Shown piece after piece: positions 27,242-34,584 of a DNA stretch of 34,584 nt (the first letter of the stretch is position 1; each line of letters opens with the position of its first letter). The notes under the pieces are model-generated. The model had not been told where the DNA came from. It worked only from the letters and a program-made list of their open reading frames with translations, and did no database searches. The stretch is taken from NCBI GenBank assembly GCA_050293845.1, contig JBNKNM010000041.1, forward strand, positions 1-34,584, written 5' to 3'. The stretch comes from Pseudobacteriovorax sp. (lineage in GTDB: Bacteria > Bdellovibrionota_B > Oligoflexia > Oligoflexales > Oligoflexaceae). Position numbers and translations under genes: made by a program.

Positions 27242-27772
27242 ATTGCTAGGCTTTTAGAAATCGTTGCAGAAGAAGAAACAAGACTGTCAGAGGATTATTC
27301 AGAACTTGACCTAATAAAAGAGGTTTGGACGTTTATGAGTGACACTGAACCGAAAAAGCCATATGTGGTTTAAAGATATCTTGATCCCTTGAATTTTTAA
27401 CCTTTAATTCAAGACTGACTCAATATTTATAATGTCTTACTACAGAAATATTTATTATAGTCATTCGAAGAAATAAATTAATTTTAGAAAAAAATGCTTT
27501 CTGAACTTATATAACTGAAACTGTAAACACCGCCAGGTCATTGATATAATATACATATCTACAAATCAGTTCATATAAGTGCAAAATCGTTGATTAGCTC
27601 ATACGTTAGTTGCTATTTTTTATGGCAACAGATGAATAGAGGTAATATAATTAACAGTGTTTTTCTCACACAACAGTCGAAAACAAACTTCGGCCCTTAC
27701 TTTGAATAGTTATTGCTTTTGATTCGATCTCCAAAAGTATCCGGCTATTCTGAGTTTAGGGCCAAATTTCTT

Positions 27773-29146
27773 TCATGAATTTAATGGTTCTACAAAACGG
27801 ATACGTAAATCAGGCTCAGGTACCATTGTCGCGCTAGGCGTTAACTTAAATGTTTGCTGAACATAAGATACATCAAATCTTTTTGCTATCTCTGCTAAAC
27901 ATAAAGTCGCCTCTAAAAGGGCTAAATGGCTACCAACACAAGACCTGGGTCCTCCTCCAAAAGGGAAGTATGCTGCACTGTTGATGTCTCCTTCAAGAAA
28001 CCGTTCAGGACAAAACTGAGTGGGTTTATCCCAATATTTTTCATGACGATGGACTACATACTGGGGGAAGAAGAATGTTGTATCGGCGTCAAAGCTATAA
28101 TCTTTGTAATCTATACGATTCCGATTGGATCGGTTAATCATAAAAGCACTAGGGTAAAATCGCATGGTTTCCTTGAGTACCGCAATAGTTATTGGTAGGG
28201 ACTTCATACCTTCTGCGGGGATAGGATCATCGCCAAATTGAGTTGTTACTTCTTCACGAATTCTTTTAACCCATTCAGGATTCTTAGAAAGTAAATAAAA
28301 ACAATAAGAAAGAGTTAAAGCAGTGGTTTCGTATCCGGCAAGCATAGCCGTTAGTGTTTCATCGATAATTTCCTCTCTAGTAAGGCGAATACGAGTTTCG
28401 CCTGACTCTGCATCAATTAATCTTTGCAAGAGGTCGCTTTCTTTTGATCCTTGTTGCCGCGTTTCAATAAGATTAATAATGTAGTTTACGATCTCACTTT
28501 TTGCACGAACCAACGTTTTATTGCGTTTGGTTGGTACCGATAACGGAAGAGGAATAACAGCCCAGAAATACCAACTCAAATAGTCAAGACAAGCCTTAAA
28601 ATTATAAGCTAATTTTTTGTATTGCCCCTCATCAGTCATTGAAAACATTGTTTTCGCAATAATCGAAAAAGTTAGATTGGAGCAAAACTCTGAAAGATTA
28701 ATAACCTCACCCAATTGTGAAGATAACTGACCTATGGATTTTTGAATGATATCTTGGATTGAGTGATCTAACCTATTGATATTTTTAGGTGAAAATATGG
28801 GGTTCATGTGGTTGCGGTTTTTTTTCCATTTTGCTCCCTTACTGGTTACAATTCCCTCACCGACAACTATCTTAGCCAAGTCGTATATGCGACCCTTATA
28901 AAAATTTCTTTCGGTTTGTGCCAGAGCCATTTTAATAAAATTTGGATCAGTCACTAATACTCCCCGAATACCGGGTATAGGAAACTGACTAAATTCACCG
29001 TAGGTGAGATGCTGCTGATAAAGATATTCAACGCCATATTTTCTTAGTTTTAAAGCAACACCCACATAAGGTGGAAGGTTTGGCCCAGGTAAAGAATGAT
29101 ATGAATCAGAGTCTCTGGAAAAAAATTTTAGTTTTAGAGCACCCAT
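27773..29146 (-). CDS. Cytochrome P450
   Basis: I-helix AGYETT, ExxR (ETMR), PERF, heme motif FGGGPRSCVG. Confidence 0.96.
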   Translation of the reverse strand: MGALKLKFFSRDSDSYHSLPGPNLPPYVGVALKLRKYGVEYLYQQHLTYGEFSQFPIPGIRGVLVTDPNFIKMALAQTERNFYKGRIYDLAKIVVGEGIVTSKGAKWKKNRNHMNPIFSPKNINRLDHSIQDIIQKSIGQLSSQLGEVINLSEFCSNLTFSIIAKTMFSMTDEGQYKKLAYNFKACLDYLSWYFWAVIPLPLSVPTKRNKTLVRAKSEIVNYIINLIETRQQGSKESDLLQRLIDAESGETRIRLTREEIIDETLTAMLAGYETTALTLSYCFYLLSKNPEWVKRIREEVTTQFGDDPIPAEGMKSLPITIAVLKETMRFYPSAFMINRSNRNRIDYKDYSFDADTTFFFPQYVVHRHEKYWDKPTQFCPERFLEGDINSAAYFPFGGGPRSCVGSHLALLEATLCLAEIAKRFDVSYVQQTFKLTPSATMVPEPDLRIRFVEPLNS

Positions 29147-29612
29147 TTATTTCCCTTTCTGGAGTTATTAATCTTTTCTTTCATTAGAGATCAGAGCTTT
29201 ATGCATCCTTTGACAGTCAAGGATTTCAGAGAAAAGTGCGCGTTCATTTTTCGGATCCCGGTTATACACCTTGACTACCCTTCCCCTGAGTAAACCTATG
29301 TTGTCACCATCAATAAAGCTAAGAGCCAGTCAGTATGTCACAATTGGAACTATAGCTATGGAACATATTTTATAGGCAAGTTCCATGGTGCAGCTGAGGT
29401 TTTTTTTTACCTACCTAATAAATCGTAATATCTTTCTGTACTTACAAAATTACAGCTCGATATTACAGCAAAAATCATTTTCATCATAGTTATAGTCTGG
29501 ATGTGAATATGACAATGCCTTACTGATTACCAACCCTGCAACCGATCACGGTAGGTAAACTTTTACCCTATAGCTGACTTAATTGATCCGAATATTCATT
29601 CAGGAGGCTAGG

Positions 29613-30443
29613 ATGAAACAATCGGTCCGAAATCAATTAAAAAGTTCAGAGGCAAAGCATCTATCAGCTAATATCAGTGATTTAAAGACAACCATAAGGG
29701 ATTTGAGTGAACACACCAACAGTCCGGCTCTCTACCGAAATTTATTGGAAATCGGTGAAGGTTTTGTCGATATTTTAGAAGATACGGCCTTTCTTATTGA
29801 CGAATTACAGTTCAGAAAGCAAAATCGCGCTAAGTATTCCTTTAAAATTCCTAAAATCAATGTTGAAATTCCTATTTCCAAAACATCAATTTTTTCAATC
29901 GCAACATTTATGTTAGGGTTACCTTTTATATATTCTTTCTATTTTCCAACAACTTGGAGTACAGATCTTTTTGCTCGTATCATTCAAACCTTTCATAAAC
30001 CTTTGATAGCACAGGCTGTAAATGAAAACCTACCACTTTACTTCAACCAGATTGATTCAGGTTACTCACAAATATTTAAGTTTTCTAGGGAAAATTCTGG
30101 AAAAATGTCCTTCAAATTTTATGCTGAAAAAAATCAAGAAGTATCTCTAAGGGTAAATTCGAGTATGATTTCTGGTACTTCACGAGAAGATTCTAAGTTA
30201 GCTATTTTTGTAGATGGTAAACTATTAAAGAATAGAGTCGAAGCCCATCAGGGAAAATTCTTTTCAGCAGATCTTTCTATGCATATGAATTGGGAACCGA
30301 GTGAAATGGCTAAGGATAGCAACATGCATTCAATAGGAATACTTCCTATTTTTGATAAAATGGATGAAAACCCTATATTCCTAGTGGATGTAATCGTATT
30401 AGTCAAAGATATTCCTCCAGGAAAGGAGCTTGCAAAAAAATGA
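29613..30443 (+). CDS. Hypothetical single-pass membrane protein (helical N-terminus, beta-rich C-terminus)
   Basis: Long ORF with one hydrophobic segment (IFSIATFMLGLPFIYSFYF). ATG 29613 follows AGGAGG; the ORF track starts at TTG 29583. ATGA overlap with the next gene. Confidence 0.7.
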   Translation: MKQSVRNQLKSSEAKHLSANISDLKTTIRDLSEHTNSPALYRNLLEIGEGFVDILEDTAFLIDELQFRKQNRAKYSFKIPKINVEIPISKTSIFSIATFMLGLPFIYSFYFPTTWSTDLFARIIQTFHKPLIAQAVNENLPLYFNQIDSGYSQIFKFSRENSGKMSFKFYAEKNQEVSLRVNSSMISGTSREDSKLAIFVDGKLLKNRVEAHQGKFFSADLSMHMNWEPSEMAKDSNMHSIGILPIFDKMDENPIFLVDVIVLVKDIPPGKELAKK

Positions 30444-31207
30444 AAGTATTCTTATGCACGGCGTTTTTATTATCCTGGAGTAATTTTGCAGTCGCAAAAT
30501 GGAGTGAACTAAACAATCATTTATCTATCTTTGAATCGGAGGATAAAGCCAAAGGGTCAATCTATGCTCTAAAGCTTAAAAAAAGCAGCTTTCTAGCTGA
30601 AATTGTGGCAACAAGTAAATATAATAGCATTGCGGCCAAAAATCCCATCATCCCTAACAGCCTTAAGGAAGTCAAAGATAGAAATCTCAAAGCCATCGCC
30701 ATTATAAATGGTGGTTTCTCCTCGCACCTAGAATACCCCATACCAGTAGGTGCTCTTCATATAAAAGGAAAAACTGTATCAAAGCCAAATCTAACGGCTA
30801 CTGTATTTAACCAAGTTTTTTGCATCAAAAAAAATCGACAGGTAGATATCCTCCCCGTTTCTATAGGAACAAAAAATTGTGAATCATTCGTTCAAGCTGG
30901 TCCCGAACTGATCAATGATGGTACTGCGCAAACTCTAACTGACAAATTTAAAGATCAAAAAGCCGAAAGGTCTGCTATATGTATTCGAGAAAACGGTGAT
31001 TTTATTCTGATAAAAACAGAGCAGATGCTTTTTTCAAGATTACAGGAGATTTTATTAGAGCCAGAATTTTCATGCCTAAAAGCCATGGCATTAAGTGGTG
31101 GAAATCAATCAGGCTTGATAATCCATAATGCTGGTAAATTCCATATATTTGGAAATACTAAAACTGTAATTCCGTCTGCAATTGTAGTTCATTTGCCAAA
31201 AGAATAG
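30440..31207 (+). CDS. Secreted phosphodiester glycosidase (NAGPA/DUF2233) family protein
   Basis: Signal peptide; AIINGGF, PVGA..I.G, QAGPELI.DG, RSAICI, AMALSGG.QS (usually LDGG), P.AIVV. Confidence 0.75.
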   Translation: MKVFLCTAFLLSWSNFAVAKWSELNNHLSIFESEDKAKGSIYALKLKKSSFLAEIVATSKYNSIAAKNPIIPNSLKEVKDRNLKAIAIINGGFSSHLEYPIPVGALHIKGKTVSKPNLTATVFNQVFCIKKNRQVDILPVSIGTKNCESFVQAGPELINDGTAQTLTDKFKDQKAERSAICIRENGDFILIKTEQMLFSRLQEILLEPEFSCLKAMALSGGNQSGLIIHNAGKFHIFGNTKTVIPSAIVVHLPKE

Positions 31208-31286
31208 GCGGCCAACGGTTGGTCCAGCTACAGTTCTAAGATGGGGTGCCCTGCTATAACAGTTTCAGCATAAGCATATATTCGGA

Positions 31287-31865
31287 TTAGCTTAGCTGCA
31301 GGTTGCTCCGAATAGCTGGTATGACTTCCTTTTCAAACCACGGATTTCTCTTAAGCCAAATATTATTCCTAGGTGAGGGATGAGGCAGCACCACATATTC
31401 AGGAAAATATTCTCGCCAAGACCTGACCGTTTCCGTAAGAGTTTGCCGGCAACGATCCTTTAGGAAGTATTTTTGAGCATACAGGCCAACCAGTATGGTC
31501 TGTTGGCGGCGGGGTAATGCCATTAAAATTTTTTCCATCCAAAGCTGGGCGCACTCAGGTCTTGGTGGTAAATCTCCCCCCTTCCCTCTCCCTGGATAGC
31601 AAAAAGCCATAGGTACAATGGCAAAGATATTAGGATTATAAAATGTTTCACGGTCCACCTGAAGCCAGTGTCTTAAACGGTCTCCACTAGGATCATTCCA
31701 AGGAATACCGGTATTATGAACACGAGTACCTGGGGCTTGGCCGACAATCAATATGGGTGCAGAACTTGTAAAATTTAAGACGGGTTTCGGACCTAAAGGG
31801 AGAATTTTCTCACAAAACCGACATACTCTTATTTCATCTAATAGGGGATGAGTAGGTGGATTCAA
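31287..31865 (-). CDS. Uracil-DNA glycosylase superfamily protein
   Basis: C..C, IVGQAPG, PWNDPSGDRLR.W, FCYPG, DLPPRPEC, LVGLYAQ, LPHPSPRN. Confidence 0.92.
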   Translation of the reverse strand: MNPPTHPLLDEIRVCRFCEKILPLGPKPVLNFTSSAPILIVGQAPGTRVHNTGIPWNDPSGDRLRHWLQVDRETFYNPNIFAIVPMAFCYPGRGKGGDLPPRPECAQLWMEKILMALPRRQQTILVGLYAQKYFLKDRCRQTLTETVRSWREYFPEYVVLPHPSPRNNIWLKRNPWFEKEVIPAIRSNLQLS

Positions 31866-32028
31866 ATCAGTATTACCCTAATGATTGCTATGGGAAAAAT
31901 ATGTCTAACAACGCCTACCAGAGCCAAACTATCAAAATTCACCGTAACTGCAAAGTTTACTTTGGAAATTTTTTGGCTTTTTTTCTATTACCATTTAGAC
32001 TCAAAGGAAGACTTATGGAGGAGAATTT

Positions 32029-32700
32029 ATGAAAGACATTAATAAAATTAAACGTTCACCCGATCGTGCTATATATGATAAAAATTCTATCATAGAGATA
32101 CTTGCAAACAACTTTCTTTGCCATATTGCCGTTAATACGGAGCAAGGTCCTATATGTATTCCCATGTTTTACTTCTTATTCCACAATCAGATATGCATCC
32201 ATGGATCACGGGGCAGTCGTTTAATGAACCTTTTGAAGTCAGCACGCAACGCTTGCGTCTCAATCACAAAAGTGAATGGTTTGGTATTATCTCGTTCTGC
32301 TTTTCATCATTCTTTGAATTACGAATCTGTCGTGGTTCATGGGATATTTACCGAGCCTTCTATAGATTCCCATGACTTGTTGATTCGGGAAATGATAGAA
32401 TCCATTGCCGAGGGGCGTAGTAAGATTATTCGTCAACCTAGTAAAGAGGAGCTAGCGCAAAGCATTTTCCTTCTTTTACCTATTACTACAGCTGCTGCCA
32501 AAAGGCGCGCAGGTCCGCCTAAAGAAGACCCAAGTGACCTTGATGCAGACGTTTGGGCTGGTGAAATTCCGCTGGAAACGAGCTTCAAAACGCCTATTCC
32601 CGATTCATTTATGAAATTAAATAAGAATAAGACCTTAAAGGATTTACTCGGAGCTAAATCCCAGACAGAAAAAAGAAACCAAAACAAAGCCATCTTCTAG
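32029..32700 (+). CDS. Pyridoxamine 5'-phosphate oxidase-like FMN-binding protein (NimA-like)
   Basis: R...RA.YD, CHIA, IHGS..SR, GLVLSRSAFHHSLNYESVV, K.RAGPP, VWAGEIP. Confidence 0.9.
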   Translation: MKDINKIKRSPDRAIYDKNSIIEILANNFLCHIAVNTEQGPICIPMFYFLFHNQICIHGSRGSRLMNLLKSARNACVSITKVNGLVLSRSAFHHSLNYESVVVHGIFTEPSIDSHDLLIREMIESIAEGRSKIIRQPSKEELAQSIFLLLPITTAAAKRRAGPPKEDPSDLDADVWAGEIPLETSFKTPIPDSFMKLNKNKTLKDLLGAKSQTEKRNQNKAIF

Positions 32701-32720
32701 TATTAAAAGATGGCTGTTTT
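32688..32720 (+). terminator. Intrinsic terminator overlapping the stop codon
   Basis: AGCCATCTT-N10-AAGATGGCT followed by GTTTT. Confidence 0.55.
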
Positions 32721-33144
32721 GGGTGGAGTCGATGATTAGCACGAATACCGAAAAATTTTTTCCGGCTCAATCGACTGCCTGTCCTAAATATTTTGAAACC
32801 TAGCTTTTCTCTTCAGTTAATCTACTGCAAATCTATTGCCAAAAAGGCAACCGTTCAAGTGTCTATTTATATTGCCCTCTCAGTTGGAAAGCTTTAGTCA
32901 TAATTGACAGCAGTTTTAGCATAGTAAAAACGATTTAATCTCCAAGCTACTAGATTAATGATATTTTTATAGAATATTATTTTCTGTATAAGTTAAAAGT
33001 CCCATTTGAGTCGCAGTTTTTCTTTTAACTATTTAATTTTACATAGTAAATCAAAAAAGTATCCCCATAGTCCCAGTTATTGACAATACTGCAGCACAGG
33101 GACTCATCACCCGCCCAGAACCCCTTGAAGATAACAGTCGTACT

Positions 33145-33504
33145 TTATAGCCCTTCTATCCGGAATAACTGAGTGGATTTCTCCTGTAAAAGTATATGAA
33201 GGTCACCGTTTCCATCTTGAACCACCACACCTTGTTGGTTAGATTGAGTTTGGAAGACAGAAAGGGTCTTCACTAAGCCGATAGCGGCTATATCGATATA
33301 ATCATCCTCAGATTGATTTCGCACCATAGCTTCCATTGTTTCTTGAGATACAATGATACTGCTGCAGGTAAACCTGGGGCCCCGATCAGCGCCAGGATCA
33401 GTGCTATGTCCTCCTAGTCCGCCAGAAGAGCTTTCATCAGGAAAAGCCGCAGAGGCATAGAATGTAGTAATCAAAAGAATTAATTGAAGCTTCAACTTTT
33501 TCAT
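33145..33504 (-). CDS. Small secreted hypothetical protein
   Basis: Signal peptide (ASA-AF) followed by the Gly/Ser-rich segment SSSGGLGG; AGGTG upstream. Confidence 0.7.
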   Translation of the reverse strand: MKKLKLQLILLITTFYASAAFPDESSSGGLGGHSTDPGADRGPRFTCSSIIVSQETMEAMVRNQSEDDYIDIAAIGLVKTLSVFQTQSNQQGVVVQDGNGDLHILLQEKSTQLFRIEGL

Positions 33505-33573
33505 AGTTACACCTGCTTCCTAATGCTTGTGGCTTCGGTATATATTCACTACTAAGTTTCTTTGCAAAATTTT

Positions 33574-34344
33574 TTAGGATTCGAAATCCATAAAACTACC
33601 CACTGAGGATATTACATATACTTTGTTCGGATGAGCACTTCTGCGAGAAATGACTTCGTTTATTTTTCGTTCTTCCTCTCGCTTGATATCTAAGATCTCT
33701 TGTATCTGATCTTCGTCTAAAGCAAAAGATTTATAACTGTAAAATGCCCCATCGCCTACCTTATTTGTATCAAAGTTTTCCACAAATACCCTAATGCGAT
33801 TGAGAACTGATGCCGGTGAAGGATCGAGAATATTTTCGGAGGAGGTTTTGATGCGTCCATTGATTTCCCGAAGCACCCCGCGATTGAGAAGGGACTCAAT
33901 ACGAGGCTCGCAAATCTCACCAAACTTACGCAGTAAAATAAACTTACTCACCCCTTGGGGTGTAGACGCCAGGGCCAGAATCCATGGATCATACCCTTGC
34001 CACTCAAAGTCACCTTCACCTTTCTCCAAAAATTCGTATTTCTTCGAACTGCGGGGATCATGGGCAGCAAGTTTAGCCAGGTTTGGATAATAAGGGCGTA
34101 ATATTTTATTGACTTCATCCAAGCTCATAATGGCAGAGAGAGCACTTATAACAGTCCCCTGTTGCGGCTCCCTCTCTCCTTCGGCTAAACGCCTAACTGT
34201 AGAGTAGGACAAACCGCTTTTTTTGACTATATGCGTCAAACTCCGTCGGTTATTTTCATCTAGCCAACAACGAATGACCTCTTTAATCTTCAGTTTTAGA
34301 GTCTGCTCCACATTCCACCGTACTACGCGAAGATAAGTATTCAA
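33574..34344 (-). CDS. XRE-like HTH protein with winged-helix and DUF4423-like C-terminus (divergent TIGR02147-like)
   Basis: RSLTHIVKKSGLSYSTVRRLAEGEREP HTH; IESLLNRGVLREINGRIK winged helix; C-terminal ALDEDQIQEI...KINEV...VYVISS. Start codon uncertain. Confidence 0.7.
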   Translation of the reverse strand: MNTYLRVVRWNVEQTLKLKIKEVIRCWLDENNRRSLTHIVKKSGLSYSTVRRLAEGEREPQQGTVISALSAIMSLDEVNKILRPYYPNLAKLAAHDPRSSKKYEFLEKGEGDFEWQGYDPWILALASTPQGVSKFILLRKFGEICEPRIESLLNRGVLREINGRIKTSSENILDPSPASVLNRIRVFVENFDTNKVGDGAFYSYKSFALDEDQIQEILDIKREEERKINEVISRRSAHPNKVYVISSVGSFMDFES

Positions 34345-34573
34345 AACGACGATATAACGAATACTCTATAGCTAATTTTTACTATGAACGCTCATTGCCT
34401 ATAGCATTTTTTTAAAACTACGACAATTCATGTCTTTTGAACGCACTCAGTATTGAAACTATAGTGTTAAATCAAATGCCTTCTTATCACTATCTTTCCG
34501 ACAATCAAAATAAATTATATTAATGCACTACCGAAGAATCATTTTTTAAAGAGAGCGCTGAGGTAAGTTTTTA

Positions 34574-34584
34574 ATGATTAAAAG
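34574..34584 (+). CDS. Start of a divergent gene running out of the window
   Basis: GAGGT RBS then ATG ATT AAA; TAAA-N16-CCGAAG upstream at 34511-34536. Confidence 0.35.

Noticed and set aside
33794..34090. 98-aa plus-strand ORF
   Set aside because: Antisense shadow of the HTH gene.
1..34584. CRISPR arrays, tRNA/rRNA genes, integrase or prophage genes, known defence systems
   Set aside because: No regularly spaced repeats, RNA gene signatures or matching protein motifs were seen by eye.

Overview
Bacterial chromosomal window. Two TIGR02147/DUF4423-like genes and many short orphan lipoproteins suggest Oligoflexia/Bdellovibrionota, but this is inference. Bases 72-14337 hold a compact lignin-monomer catabolic cluster: pcaG-pcaI-pcaJ-pcaF-pcaB, a TRAP transporter (dctPQM), pobA, a hydroxycinnamoyl-CoA ligase and hydratase/lyase (fcs, ech), an aromatic aldehyde dehydrogenase and vanA. 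No vanB and no recognisable pathway regulator lie in the window. Bases 1-71 are not pcaH. They look like the left end of an IS200/IS605-family element inserted exactly at the ATGA of pcaG. A matching right end with several hairpins (omegaRNA-like, no intact tnpA/tnpB) starts at 25118. The middle carries a TIGR02147-family HTH protein overlapping a DUF4382-like lipoprotein, a frameshifted amidohydrolase relic, a GH3 beta-glucosidase, an XdhC-MocA fusion and an IorAB-type molybdoenzyme. The right third is an AT-rich accessory patchwork: lipoprotein, hemerythrin, gene fragments, thioredoxin, cytochrome P450, a membrane protein paired with an atypical phosphodiester glycosidase, a UDG-like protein, an FMN-binding protein and a second HTH/DUF4423-like gene with a secreted partner. 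All calls come from motif recognition by eye; no searches were run.
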